A stretch of DNA of 64,000 nt, taken from the NCBI GenBank assembly GCA_965223545.1, contig OZ245006.1, positions 2,528,001 to 2,592,000 of the forward strand. The letters run 5' to 3'. The translations under genes and the position numbers were made by a program. Positions within the stretch are counted from its first letter, which is position 1, and each line of letters starts with the position of its first letter. This DNA is from Planctomycetota bacterium. GTDB lineage: Bacteria; Planctomycetota; UBA1135; UBA2386. The notes beneath the pieces are model-generated. The model had not been told where the DNA came from. It saw only the letters and a list, made by a program, of their open reading frames with translations, and ran no database searches. Of this stretch, positions 9,719 through 21,225 are shown one piece after another.

Positions 9719-11458
9719 ATGCGCCCCACGCCGATCTACGCCACTGCGCTCTTCACCCTCATTGCCTGTGGAAGCGGCCCCGCCGTTCGTGTCGCCGGCG
9801 ATTGGCCGCTCGCCTTGCACACTGCGCCGGTGCGCGCCGCGCACGGCATGGTGGTGTCGACGGACGACTACGCGAGCCGCGTCGGGGACGCGGTCCTGCG
9901 CGCCGGCGGCAACGCGGTCGATGCAGCGGTCGCCACGGCGTTCGCGCTGGCGGTGGTGAACCCCGAAGCCGGCAACCTCGGCGGCGGCGGTTTTCTCCTG
10001 ACGCGGCTCGCATCGGGAGAGGCAGCGGCGCTCGATTTTCGCGAACGCGCGCCGGCGGCCGCGCACCGCGACATGTACCTCGACGCGGATGGCGAGCTCA
10101 CCGACGACCGCCTGCTGGGCCACCGGGCCGCGGGGGTGCCCGGAACCGTCGCAGGCTTGTGGGCAGCGCACCAACGGTTCGGGCAAAGACCCTGGCCCCC
10201 GCTCGTGGAACCGGCCATCGAGCTCGCCCGAGGCTTCGTCGTCCGCCCGCGGCAGGCACACTCACTGGCACACGCCGCCGACGCTCTGCGCCGCTTCGCC
10301 AGCACCGCGGCAGCGTTCTTGCCGAAGGGTGAGCCACCTCGTGCCGGCGAGACGCTCGCTCAGCCCGATCTCGTTCGCACCCTCGAGCGCATCCGCGATC
10401 ACGGCCCCGACGGGTTCTACCGCGGCGCCACGGCAGCCGCGATCGTCGCCGAGATGCAGCGCGGCGGCGGCCTGATCACCGCCGACGACCTGGCGCAGTA
10501 CCAGCCGGTGTGGCGCACGCCGATCGCCTTCGACTACCGCGGCCATCGCGTGCTGTCGATGCCGCCGCCGTCTTCGGGAGGGGCGACGTTGGCGGCGATG
10601 GCGCACATTCTCGCTGGCTTCGAGCTCGGCGCCCTGCCGTGGCACGGCACCCTGCACACCCACTTGCTCGCCGAAGCGTGGAAGCGCGCCTACGCCGACC
10701 GCAACACCTACCTGGCGGACCCCGACCACGTCGAGATGCCGCTGCACGAGATGACGTCCACTGGCTACGGCGCCGCGCGCCGCGGCTCGATCTCACTGCA
10801 GCACGCCACGCCAGCCAGCGAGGTGAAGCCGGGACTGGGTCCGATCGCCGAATCCAGCGAGACGACACACCTCTCGGTCGTCGACCGGGACGGCAACGCC
10901 GTCGCTCTGACCACCACCATCAACTCGTTCTACGGCTGCAAGGTGACCGTCGCGGGTGCCGGCTTCTTGCTCAACAACGAGATGGATGACTTCGCCACCA
11001 AACCCGGCAGCGCCAACCAGTTCGGCCTCGTGCAGGGCGAGAACAACGCGATCGCGCCCGGCAAGCGCATGCTCAGCGCGATGACGCCGACCATCGTCGC
11101 CCGGCCCGACGGCTCGCTCCTCTACGTCACCGGAACTCCGGGTGGATCGACGATCATCACCAACGTGTTCCAGAACCTGAGCAACGTGATCGACTTCGGC
11201 ATGGGGGTCGTCGCCGCAACGCACGCGCCGCGGCTGCACCACCAGCACTTGCCGGACGTAATCTCTTGCGAACCCGGCGCCCTGACCGACGCCACGATAT
11301 CGGCGCTGCGCGCGATGGGGCACGCGGTCGAAGAGCGCTTCGACGAGAGTGCCGCCTACCCTTACATCGGCGACATCCAGGCGATCTTCGTCAACACCGA
11401 CGGCTCGCTCGAAGCCTGCTCGGATCCACGCCGCGGCGGCCGCGCGGTCGGGCACTGA
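9719..11458 (+). CDS. ggt: Gamma-glutamyltransferase (possible lipoprotein)
   Basis: GGNAVDAAVA, AGNLGGGGF, ETTHLSVVD (catalytic Thr), LNNEMDDF, PGKRMLSAMTP; LIAC lipobox-like. Confidence 0.96.
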   Translation: MRPTPIYATALFTLIACGSGPAVRVAGDWPLALHTAPVRAAHGMVVSTDDYASRVGDAVLRAGGNAVDAAVATAFALAVVNPEAGNLGGGGFLLTRLASGEAAALDFRERAPAAAHRDMYLDADGELTDDRLLGHRAAGVPGTVAGLWAAHQRFGQRPWPPLVEPAIELARGFVVRPRQAHSLAHAADALRRFASTAAAFLPKGEPPRAGETLAQPDLVRTLERIRDHGPDGFYRGATAAAIVAEMQRGGGLITADDLAQYQPVWRTPIAFDYRGHRVLSMPPPSSGGATLAAMAHILAGFELGALPWHGTLHTHLLAEAWKRAYADRNTYLADPDHVEMPLHEMTSTGYGAARRGSISLQHATPASEVKPGLGPIAESSETTHLSVVDRDGNAVALTTTINSFYGCKVTVAGAGFLLNNEMDDFATKPGSANQFGLVQGENNAIAPGKRMLSAMTPTIVARPDGSLLYVTGTPGGSTIITNVFQNLSNVIDFGMGVVAATHAPRLHHQHLPDVISCEPGALTDATISALRAMGHAVEERFDESAAYPYIGDIQAIFVNTDGSLEACSDPRRGGRAVGH

Positions 11459-11491
11459 CGCGGTTATGATCGAGGCCCCAAGGAGGCCTGC

Positions 11492-13063
11492 ATGCGAGAG
11501 TGCTCGAAAGTCGCCCTATCCGTTCTCCTGGCGTTGACCACGGCCGCGCACACCGGTGCCCAACGGCAGTTCAAGGAGATCGAGGGCCTTGCCCTGTTTC
11601 CCACCGGGGTCAGCTACCCCTACGACATCGCCGCCGGCGATCTCGACGGAGACGGCGACACCGATTTCGTCTACGCGAACAGCGGTCTATCGATCCTGGC
11701 GAACCCCAACAGCGTTCTGCTCAACGACGGTGCGGGCACGTTCCGCGGGCGAGCGATTTCAACCAACCGCGACCACTCGGCCGCGGTCGCGCTCGCGGAC
11801 GTCGATGGCGACGGTGACCTGGACGTCGCGTTCGGCAACTTCAGCCTGCAAGGGAGCCGGAGCCAGAACCGCCTCTATCTGAACGACGGCACGGCCCGCT
11901 TCGTCGAAGTCACCGGGACCCACATGCCGCGCGACGGCGACGAGACCTCCGCCGTCGTGTTCGGCGACATCGACCGAGACGGCGATCCGGATCTCGTCAT
12001 CGGCAACTACGGCGTTCTCGGTGGACGGCGAAACCGGGTGTACCTCAACGACGGCACCGGCCGTTTCTCCGACGTGACTTCCAGCCGGATGCCCATCGCG
12101 GCGTTCTCCACATCTCACCTGGTATTGGCCGACGTGAACGGCGACGGCGCACTCGACTTGGTCACTGCCAACGGCGGCAACTCGACCTCTCGCCAGAACC
12201 GCCTGTTCTTCAACACGGGCACGGGCTCCTTCGTCGACCGCACAGCGACGCACATGCCGCCCGACAACGACTGGTCGATCTCGATCGCAGTCGCCGACGT
12301 CGACAACGACGGCGACGCCGACCTTGTCTTCGGCAACCAGCGACAGAACCGCCTCTACCTCAACAACGGCACGGGCGATTTCTCGGACGCGACCGCGGGC
12401 CGGCTCCCGGCCGACAACAACTACACGGACACGATCGCCGCCGGCGACGTCGACGAAGACGGCGACACGGATCTCGTGCTGGGCAACGGCGGTCCCGACT
12501 TCGCCTTCCAACAGAACCGACTCTACCTGAACGATGGTGCCGGTGTGTTCCGCGACGCGACGTCGGCCCGTATGCCGGTGCGCCGCGACGAGACCAGCGC
12601 CGTCGTCCTGGCCGACGCAGACGGTGACGACGACCTGGACCTGCTCATCGGCAATTTCGGCATCGGCCCCGCGCAGCCCGATCACCTCTATCTCAACCTG
12701 CACCGACAGCTCAGCCGACCGGCGCTGCCGGTGCTGGGAGCACCGTACACGCTCGAGGTGTTCGCCAAGCGGGGCTACGCCACCTCGACGCACACCGCTG
12801 TCATTGCGCTCGGCGTCGGCCTGGCTCCGCAGCCGATCCCGGTCCAGAACTGGGGCAACCTCTACCTGCAGCCGGCGCCCCTGTACCCACTCCCACCGGT
12901 GTCGATCGGGATCGCCTCCGGCATGGCCGTGCTGCAGCTGCCGATTCCACAGCTACCGGCACTGGAGGGCGCCGTGCCGTATCTGCAGGCCTGGATCGTC
13001 GACGACGCGAATCCGATCGACGCGCACTTCACCGGCTATCTGGCGGACCCCATCCGGCGCTGA
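11492..13063 (+). CDS. Secreted FG-GAP/VCBS repeat protein with recurring C-terminal domain
   Basis: Seven DxDGDGDxDL repeats with NRLYLNDG; signal ending HTGAQ; AGGAGG RBS. Confidence 0.9.
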   Translation: MRECSKVALSVLLALTTAAHTGAQRQFKEIEGLALFPTGVSYPYDIAAGDLDGDGDTDFVYANSGLSILANPNSVLLNDGAGTFRGRAISTNRDHSAAVALADVDGDGDLDVAFGNFSLQGSRSQNRLYLNDGTARFVEVTGTHMPRDGDETSAVVFGDIDRDGDPDLVIGNYGVLGGRRNRVYLNDGTGRFSDVTSSRMPIAAFSTSHLVLADVNGDGALDLVTANGGNSTSRQNRLFFNTGTGSFVDRTATHMPPDNDWSISIAVADVDNDGDADLVFGNQRQNRLYLNNGTGDFSDATAGRLPADNNYTDTIAAGDVDEDGDTDLVLGNGGPDFAFQQNRLYLNDGAGVFRDATSARMPVRRDETSAVVLADADGDDDLDLLIGNFGIGPAQPDHLYLNLHRQLSRPALPVLGAPYTLEVFAKRGYATSTHTAVIALGVGLAPQPIPVQNWGNLYLQPAPLYPLPPVSIGIASGMAVLQLPIPQLPALEGAVPYLQAWIVDDANPIDAHFTGYLADPIRR

Positions 13064-13529
13064 GTGTCTCGCTGATTCCTCCGAGCCGGGCGGCGAGCGG
13101 CTCGTAGAAGAAGGCCGACAGCGCCAACCCGTACACCGGCGCCAAGAGCACGCCGCCGAAGGTGCCCACGATGTCGGCCGGCGACACCGATCCGCCGGCA
13201 TGGGCCACCCGGCTCATCGCGTGCAGGGCACCGGCCAGGAGCATCACGACACCGAGCGCCAGCGCCTGCCGCGCGAGGCCGCGCAGCACGTCGGCCGAAC
13301 GCTCACGCCGCGGCAGCGGTAGATCTTCCGCGCGCGGGTCGAACGCATCGCGGATGGCCGAGGTCACCGTGGCCACCGGCCACGTCGTCACCGCGATCAA
13401 CCACGGGCCACCCAGCACGACCGCCGCCGCACGGACATCGAGCAGCAGGGCGACGTCGCCGGTGACGAACACCGCCACCACACCGAGAACGGCGAAGGCA
13501 GCAACGACGGCGAACAGGCGAATCATCAT
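13029..13529 (-). CDS. Short MotA/TolQ/ExbB-like membrane protein
   Basis: Four hydrophobic helices; LLAPVYGLALSAFFYEPLAARL resembles MotA TM4; GAGGA RBS. Confidence 0.65.
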   Translation of the reverse strand: MMIRLFAVVAAFAVLGVVAVFVTGDVALLLDVRAAAVVLGGPWLIAVTTWPVATVTSAIRDAFDPRAEDLPLPRRERSADVLRGLARQALALGVVMLLAGALHAMSRVAHAGGSVSPADIVGTFGGVLLAPVYGLALSAFFYEPLAARLGGISETLSAGWGPPDSR

Positions 13530-13552
13530 TCTCGAATCCTCTTCAGCGCGGC

Positions 13553-14086
13553 TCACACGGGCTGGGCGAGGCCAAACGCGGTCGCCAAGGCCATGGCGAC
13601 ACCTCCAGTGACGATGGCGTGGTCGGGAGGCGGCGCCGCGCCCTGCCGTTCGAGCAAGGCCCCCAGGAACACGCGGCCGAGCAACACCCCAGCGAGTGGG
13701 TAGTGCAGGGCCGACAGCATCCATTGGACGTATTGGACCGGGCTGGCCCCGCCGGCCGGCCATCGCGCCGCGACCAAGATCATCAGGACGGCAAGCAGCC
13801 CGAAGCCGAAGCCGGCGGCGACGCTGGCGTTGGCAGCCTGGGACAGGACGCGCAGCTGTAGTTGACCCAACCGCTCGGCGCGCAGCGCGCGCAGCAAGAC
13901 CCCGGGGCCGCGCAGCCCGCCGGTCACGACGGTGACCAACACCGCGATCACGCCGATGCGGATCACCGCGTTGAGCAGCACGGTCGGATGACGCACGAAC
14001 CAGCAAACCGTCGCCACCGCGATGAGAACCAAGACCGAGAACGGCCAACCGCCGCGCCCGCCTTCCAGACGTTCGCTCGACTTCAT
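13553..14086 (-). CDS. Membrane protein, probable divergent paralog of the adjacent MotA-like protein
   Basis: Multiple TM helices in similar arrangement; overlaps upstream gene by 4 bp. Confidence 0.6.
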   Translation of the reverse strand: MKSSERLEGGRGGWPFSVLVLIAVATVCWFVRHPTVLLNAVIRIGVIAVLVTVVTGGLRGPGVLLRALRAERLGQLQLRVLSQAANASVAAGFGFGLLAVLMILVAARWPAGGASPVQYVQWMLSALHYPLAGVLLGRVFLGALLERQGAAPPPDHAIVTGGVAMALATAFGLAQPV

Positions 14087-14340
14087 CCGTCACTCCACAG
14101 CTTTTGTCGCAACCCTTCCCAGAGAGCCTGTCCCGTCATCGCCGCGCCGCGATCGAAGCTCTGGTCGCGGCGTGAGTCAGCGGCGACCCACAGCGGTAAC
14201 GTCGTCACCATGCACGCCGCCACCCAGGCCGACACCCGCAGGCCGCGGCGCTCGACCTGCACACCACCGTGCGCTTGTGCAGCCACCGCCTCGGCACGCT
14301 CCACGACGCGACTCCGCAACCGCTCCGCGCGCTCGGTCAT
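14083..14340 (-). CDS. Small putative anti-sigma factor
   Basis: 85 aa, single hydrophobic segment, ATGA overlap with the ECF sigma. Confidence 0.55.
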   Translation of the reverse strand: MTERAERLRSRVVERAEAVAAQAHGGVQVERRGLRVSAWVAACMVTTLPLWVAADSRRDQSFDRGAAMTGQALWEGLRQKLWSDG

Positions 14341-14894
14341 CGATCGCCCTCGGTCGCGCGCAGCGCCTCGAGCGCGCCGGCAGCTCTGTACTTGACGGTT
14401 CGCACCGAGACACCCAGGGCGTCGGCAATCTGCCGATGGGTCAGCTCGTCGCGCCAACGCAACTCCAACACCAGGGCCAGGTGTGGTGGCAGCGCCGCGA
14501 CCCGCGCCGCCAAGTCGTCGCGGATGATCCAAGACTGCAGCGGGTCCGCGTCCGTGCCTCGCGTGTGCGCGGTTGCACGCTCGTGGCGGTCGCGCCGGCG
14601 GTCGCCGCGCAGCACGTCGCGCGCACGGTTGCCAGCGATCGTCAACAGCCAAGCACGCACCGAACCCACAGCGGATCCGCCGACCGCGTGGGCCTTCTCC
14701 GCTGCCACGACGAAGACGTCTTGCAGCACGTCCTCGGCGCTCGAGGCATCCTGCAGCAGACGTTCGGCGAGATGGAGCACGGCGGTGGCGTGGCGGTCGT
14801 ACAAGAGCTCCAGGGCACGGCGCACCGTCACCGGCGACGGCGGGTGGTGCCCGCCTACGATCGCCAGCAGCTCACGGTCCGACGGTTCGGCCAT
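14337..14894 (-). CDS. ECF RNA polymerase sigma factor
   Basis: LYDRHA...AEDVLQDVF...RAWLLTIAGNRARD; region 4 LTHRQIADALGVSVRTVKYR. Confidence 0.93.
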   Translation of the reverse strand: MAEPSDRELLAIVGGHHPPSPVTVRRALELLYDRHATAVLHLAERLLQDASSAEDVLQDVFVVAAEKAHAVGGSAVGSVRAWLLTIAGNRARDVLRGDRRRDRHERATAHTRGTDADPLQSWIIRDDLAARVAALPPHLALVLELRWRDELTHRQIADALGVSVRTVKYRAAGALEALRATEGDR

Positions 14895-14906
14895 GGACCC
14901 CCCTCA

Positions 14907-14932
14907 GACGTCTCGCGACTGCCCGGAGTGCA
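14907..14932 (-). promoter_or_regulatory. Candidate autoregulatory ECF promoter (TGCAC-N17-CGTC)
   Basis: Minus strand TGCAC (14932-14928), 17-nt spacer, CGTC (14910-14907), 12 nt before the sigma ATG. Confidence 0.4.
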
Positions 14933-14957
14933 AGCCGAACAAGAAAAACACACGACG

Positions 14958-15488
14958 TCATCTCGCGGCGATCGCCCTCGCCAAGGCGCGCAGCGCCGCC
15001 GGACCGCTGCGCGGCAGCAGCCGGCGCCGCAGCTCGGCCGGCCGCACGGACCAGTCGGCAAGCCGGGCGCGCGCATCGGCAAGCACCCGGCGGTGATCGA
15101 ACGCCAGCGGTGGCGGCCGCCACAGCGGGTGCCAGGAGACCGCCGCCGCGTCGTCACCCGCGCGTGCCCGCGGCAACCGCCCGCCCCAGACACCGATGTA
15201 GACGACCCCGATCGTCCGGCCGCGCGGGTCGCGGTCGGGATCATCGTAGACGCCGAGCAGGCACAGCCGCGCCGGCGCGCGCACCGCGGTTTCCTCCAAC
15301 AGCTCCCGCTTCGCCGCCGCCTCCAGCCGTTCCTCCTCGTCGACGAACCCACCCGGCAGGGCCCAGCTACCGGCGAACGGCGGCCGGCCGCGCCGGATCA
15401 GGAGGACGCGCACGCGGCCCTCTGCCACATGCAGGCCCACGACGTCGACCGTCAGCGCCGGTCGCGGATATGCATAGCGGTAGGCCAC
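14958..15488 (-). CDS. NUDIX hydrolase (ADP-ribose pyrophosphatase-like)
   Basis: YPRPALTVD, WALPGGFVDEEERLEAAAKRELLEET Nudix box, DPDRDPRG. Confidence 0.92.
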   Translation of the reverse strand: MAYRYAYPRPALTVDVVGLHVAEGRVRVLLIRRGRPPFAGSWALPGGFVDEEERLEAAAKRELLEETAVRAPARLCLLGVYDDPDRDPRGRTIGVVYIGVWGGRLPRARAGDDAAAVSWHPLWRPPPLAFDHRRVLADARARLADWSVRPAELRRRLLPRSGPAALRALARAIAAR

Positions 15489-15532
15489 CCCGCGCGCGCC
15501 CTGTTCAGCAGCCCGTGGACCGCGCCGCCATC

Positions 15533-16567
15533 TCAGTTGCAGCCGACCGTGGCGACGTACGCGTCGGAGACGTTGAGCCCACCGGCGTGGCCGATGATCC
15601 CCTGGATCGCCGCCTGGCCGCCGATCAACCCGGGGTCGTTCGGCACATTGAGCGTGAAGCTGCCGCTGCCCGCGGCATCGAGGGCGGTGGGTCCATAGCT
15701 GAACACGCTGCGCGGATCGACGTAGACCGCGCACCCCGCCGGCATCAACGTCAGCACCTGTGGCGGGTAGAGCACCATCGATCCCATCAGGAAGAACTGG
15801 CCGGCGGAATAGGTCGTGGCAACGGTCACCACGGTGGGCTTGCCGACGTTGAACGGGGGCAGCGTCAGCACGGGGTTGCCGCCCGAAGTGCAGTTGGCGA
15901 CGCCCAGCCGCGCGACGGTCCCGGACCGCACACACGGGGCACAGGTACCGGTGACCGCGAAGTCGTCGATCACGGTCACCGCCGGCGCCCCCGCCTTCGC
16001 CACGCCGAACAGATTGAGACGCAGCTCGAGCTGGTTCTGCTGCTGCAGCAGCGGCACGTCGTCGAGATCGACGCAGATGCGCACTCGAGTCGGCGTGGTA
16101 CTCGACACCGGCGGGAAGCGCACCGTACGCAACAGCGTGGTGAAGTTGTCCCCACCCGGACCGGGCTCCTCGTCGGCGAACAGATCGAAGCCGTCGATCA
16201 CGGAGTCGGCACTGCGCCACACGTCCATGCAGAGCTGCACGCCCGAGACCGCGGCACCGCCGTCCGCCCACGCCAAGCAGTACAGCGTGTTGTTGTCGTA
16301 GGCGACGCTGCCCGCGACGGCCGCGGGAAACTGCGCCGGGTCGAGGTGCAGCCCGCAGCCCATGCCGACCGGCGCCGTGTAGATGGCGCGGTCCGACCGC
16401 AGATCACCGCTGCGGCCACACGACCAAACAGCGCCGTTCGCCAGGTTGCCGCCCTGGGCGCCCGGCGCGCACGGGCCCTCGAAGTCGTAGCGGATCACCG
16501 TCTCGACCGGCGCTTGCGCAGACACACCGATACACACGGTGAGGGCCGCGAGGGAGTGGTATTTCAA
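15533..16567 (-). CDS. Secreted hypothetical protein with recurring C-terminal domain
   Basis: TTG start with GGAG RBS; signal ending GVSAQ; C-terminus FTLNVPNDPGLIGGQAAIQG. Confidence 0.75.
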   Translation of the reverse strand: MKYHSLAALTVCIGVSAQAPVETVIRYDFEGPCAPGAQGGNLANGAVWSCGRSGDLRSDRAIYTAPVGMGCGLHLDPAQFPAAVAGSVAYDNNTLYCLAWADGGAAVSGVQLCMDVWRSADSVIDGFDLFADEEPGPGGDNFTTLLRTVRFPPVSSTTPTRVRICVDLDDVPLLQQQNQLELRLNLFGVAKAGAPAVTVIDDFAVTGTCAPCVRSGTVARLGVANCTSGGNPVLTLPPFNVGKPTVVTVATTYSAGQFFLMGSMVLYPPQVLTLMPAGCAVYVDPRSVFSYGPTALDAAGSGSFTLNVPNDPGLIGGQAAIQGIIGHAGGLNVSDAYVATVGCN

Positions 16568-16644
16568 CGGGGACTCCGGGGAGCTCGGACGTCCGCGCGG
16601 CGGCGACCTCGACCAAGTCAGTCGGGCCGCCGACTCGGCGCAGC

Positions 16645-18099
<1,455 letters not shown>

Positions 18100-18120
18100 G
18101 TTGCTTCTCGATTCGGCAGA

Positions 18121-18142
18121 TATATCAACATATCTGGATAGA
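18121..18142. promoter_or_regulatory. Palindromic operator upstream of ahcY, SahR-type
   Basis: TATCAA-catatc-TGGATA, an AT-rich near-palindrome in GC-rich DNA about 22-43 nt upstream of the ahcY start. Confidence 0.65.
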
Positions 18143-18260
18143 CCGATCAAGCATCTCCTTTTCCGCTGAAGCGAATCGGAACACCAGGGCGAGCTCGCTC
18201 GTCGCGCCACGCCGCGACCCCGCCACACCCCATGCGCCCCTTGCGAGCGGCGGATGGGCG

Positions 18261-19373
18261 TCAGGGCGCCCGACGCTCCTTGGGCGGCTTCGACTTGCCG
18301 CGGCGGAAGAACTCGCTGAGCGCGTCTTCGACCCCGCCGCCGGTGTGCCGGTCGAACACCTTGCCGAGCACTTCGACCGGAAGGACGTAGTCGTCGTCGA
18401 TCTCCCAGGAGAACTCGCCCGTGCGGACTCGACGGCGCTCGCGGGTCTCGTCGCGCAGCTCGGTCAGGAGTCCGGCCACGCAGAACGGGACCTCGTCGGC
18501 CAAGAACCGCGCCACGCCGAACGCCACGTGCGCCGGCTCTTCTTCGAATCCCTGCCGCGGGTTCCAAGCCGCGACGTGATCCCAATGGAAACCGGCGCCG
18601 CCGCGCTTGCCGTAGCGGCGCGCGAGCGCGCGATGCCAGTCGGTGTGATCGAGGATCGACACGAAGCCGGCGCGGAACGGAAAGCAGTAGATCGAGCCCT
18701 GCACGCGGTCCTCGACGTGCCAAGCCAGCCCGGTCACCAGCCACGGCGGCAACTCGGGCGCGTGACCGAGAAACATCCCGGCGGCGACGCGATGCACGAC
18801 CTCGTGCGGTTCGCTCCATTCGTCGACGCCGTCCGGATCCTCGATCCACGCCCCCACCAGGGGTCGGCCAAGGCTGAAACCGCAGCGCGTTCCCGCGGCG
18901 GTCGACGCCCACTCACTCAGCGACTTCTCCTGCTCGGCCACCACGCGCAGCAGATCGCCGTAGTCTTCGCTGCGCACGCCGACCACGGCGACCGTTCGCT
19001 GCCGGACCTCGGGCATCAGGCGGCGCACCTCCCCCACCGTGCGATCCACCGCTTCGACGAAGCGGCGCACGACGCCGACCTCGCTGCTTCGCGACCGGCG
19101 CTTGCGCGACGGACTGAGCACGAGCAGCACCCGGCCCTCGGCACTGAGCACCAACCGGTAGCCGCGCGGCTGGGCGAACGCCCACCACCGCTCCACCGCG
19201 CTGGTCGCTTCGCGGTCCAGCTCGGCCGCCGCCTCGAGATCCGCCAGCGGCAGCACGCGCCCGCGCCAGGCGGCCTCGGCCGGCTCCTGCGCCGCGGCCC
19301 ATCCGGTCAGCGTGAGGCCGAGCAACGCGCACACGGCACGCGTCGGAACGGATGGCCGATGTTCGGGCTTCAT
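18261..19373 (-). CDS. Secreted protein with a peptidase MA-like HExxH motif
   Basis: Signal ending WAAAQ; PHEVVH...[10 protein letters not shown]. Confidence 0.65.
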   Translation of the reverse strand: MKPEHRPSVPTRAVCALLGLTLTGWAAAQEPAEAAWRGRVLPLADLEAAAELDREATSAVERWWAFAQPRGYRLVLSAEGRVLLVLSPSRKRRSRSSEVGVVRRFVEAVDRTVGEVRRLMPEVRQRTVAVVGVRSEDYGDLLRVVAEQEKSLSEWASTAAGTRCGFSLGRPLVGAWIEDPDGVDEWSEPHEVVHRVAAGMFLGHAPELPPWLVTGLAWHVEDRVQGSIYCFPFRAGFVSILDHTDWHRALARRYGKRGGAGFHWDHVAAWNPRQGFEEEPAHVAFGVARFLADEVPFCVAGLLTELRDETRERRRVRTGEFSWEIDDDYVLPVEVLGKVFDRHTGGGVEDALSEFFRRGKSKPPKERRAP

Positions 19374-19513
19374 CGAACCTCTGTGGAAACGGGGTCGCGC
19401 GATGTGACCGGCGTCGAGCCCTCCACGAGAGCCCTCGCCGACCATGACTCTAGAGACACCCCTACAGCGTTGTTTCCCTCTGAAAGTTCCGGAAAAGCGC
19501 CAAGATGGGTGCG

Positions 19514-20230
19514 ATGTCCAGAATCCGTCCCCGACCGGCCAGCGCGGTCTTGGTGGCCGTCGTCGTGGCCGTCCTCGTCTTCGCTCTCGGTGACCGGTGC
19601 GACGGCGCCGGGGCCGACCCCACCACCATGGCACTGCCCGAGAACGCATCCGACGTCGAGCTGCTGGACGCGGAGCCCGAGTGGCAGCGGCTGGAACGCA
19701 CCGCCTGGTCGTTCGCCAAGCGCGCCGCCTGGCTGCCTCATACGTTGGAGCCCGAGGATCTGTTGCGCCACGTCGAGCTGAACCCCGACGATCAGCCGAT
19801 CCCTGCGGCCCTCCGACGGGAGCTCCGCGCGATCCTCGACCACCATCGCCCCGGCCTGCGGGAACTCGCAGAAGGCCTCGCCGCTGTCCAGTCCGCCGAA
19901 TTCGACGAGGCGGTGAAGCAGGGGCGTGCATCACACCGCATCGAGGACCCCTTCGTCGAGCACCGCCACGACCGGCTGGTGATCAGCGTTCCACTGCGGT
20001 CGGGAGGGATCACGTCCATCGACCTTGCCACGAACGAGTCCACGTTCGTGGATCGACGTCTCCTGGGGGCGACCGCGCGCGGGCGCGCGCTGTTCGCCAT
20101 CGCCGCCGCGGAACTCTGCGGACAGATCACCGCCTGGTGCACGCGCCACGGGATCTTGGCTGACGCGGAGGCGGTGGAGATGCTCGCGGCCTGCGTGCAA
20201 CAGTGCCAGCGTCGGCTGGCGACCGGATGA
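19514..20230 (+). CDS. Hypothetical membrane-anchored/exported protein
   Basis: Hydrophobic N-terminus AVLVAVVVAVLVFALG; only plausible ORF in the interval. Confidence 0.65.
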   Translation: MSRIRPRPASAVLVAVVVAVLVFALGDRCDGAGADPTTMALPENASDVELLDAEPEWQRLERTAWSFAKRAAWLPHTLEPEDLLRHVELNPDDQPIPAALRRELRAILDHHRPGLRELAEGLAAVQSAEFDEAVKQGRASHRIEDPFVEHRHDRLVISVPLRSGGITSIDLATNESTFVDRRLLGATARGRALFAIAAAELCGQITAWCTRHGILADAEAVEMLAACVQQCQRRLATG

Positions 20231-20248
20231 CGTCCGCCGACCAGCGCG

Positions 20249-21055
20249 TTACACCGCCTCGGCGACGACCGCGTTGCGCAGCGTACCAATCCCCTCGACC
20301 TCGACCTCGACGATGTCGCCGGGCTGCAAGAAGCGCGGCGGCGACATCGCGAACCCGACGCCGGCCGGCGTACCGGTGAGGATCACGGTCCCCGGCGCCA
20401 ACACCGTGCTGCCGCTGAGGAACTCGATCAGCTCAGGCACGTCGAACATCATCGCATCCGTGCGTGCATCCTGGCGCACCTCGCCGTTCACGCGAGTCTG
20501 CAAGCGGAGGCCGCGCGGATCCGGCAACTCGTCGCGGGTGACCAGCACGGGGCCCAGCGGACAGAAGGTCGCGAACGTCTTGCCCCGGCACCACTGGCCA
20601 CCCCCCCACTGCTTCTGCCAGTCGCGTGCACTGACGTCGTTGGCGCAGCAGTAGCCGAGCACGTAGTCGAGCGCGTCCGACCGGCTGGCGTTGATGCACT
20701 CGCGACCGATCACCACCGCGAGCTCGCCCTCGTAGTCGACCTGTTCACTGCCGAGGTGACGAGGGATCACGATCGGCGCATCCGGCCCCTGCACCGCGCT
20801 CGGCATCTTCATGAACAAGACCGGCCGGTCGGGGATCGCCGCGCTCTGCTCCGCGGCGTGGGCAGCGTAGTTGCGGCCGATGCAGAGCACGGCAGCGGGC
20901 ACGAGCGGCGCGAGGAGAGCCTCGACCCGAACCGGCTCACCGGTGTCTTCGAGCCGCTCGAACATCGAGCCGACCAGGCGGGTGACGGCGCCGGCGGCGT
21001 GCTGGGCGCCGAGACCGACGACCCCGTTGTCATCGCGGAAGCGAACGATCCTCAT
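20249..21055 (-). CDS. Fumarylacetoacetate hydrolase family protein
   Basis: CIGRNYAAHA, VDYEGELAVVIG, ANDVSARDWQ, ILTGTPAGVG. Confidence 0.95.
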   Translation of the reverse strand: MRIVRFRDDNGVVGLGAQHAAGAVTRLVGSMFERLEDTGEPVRVEALLAPLVPAAVLCIGRNYAAHAAEQSAAIPDRPVLFMKMPSAVQGPDAPIVIPRHLGSEQVDYEGELAVVIGRECINASRSDALDYVLGYCCANDVSARDWQKQWGGGQWCRGKTFATFCPLGPVLVTRDELPDPRGLRLQTRVNGEVRQDARTDAMMFDVPELIEFLSGSTVLAPGTVILTGTPAGVGFAMSPPRFLQPGDIVEVEVEGIGTLRNAVVAEAV

Positions 21056-21225
21056 ACCGCACGGATCATCTCCGACGACCTCCCGACAGGCACGAACCGC
21101 AAGACCCCGGGGGCGGGATATCCCGATGCGGACAGAATTGCGGCGTACCGGTAACATGTTTCCCTCTCGTCTTCGTCCTGCCCCGGCCCGACCCCCCCGC
21201 CGCTGACCTCGCGGTGGCCCGAACC

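Noticed and set aside
18100..18260. SAH or SAM riboswitch upstream of ahcY
   Set aside because: No recognisable riboswitch consensus; a DNA palindrome explains the region better
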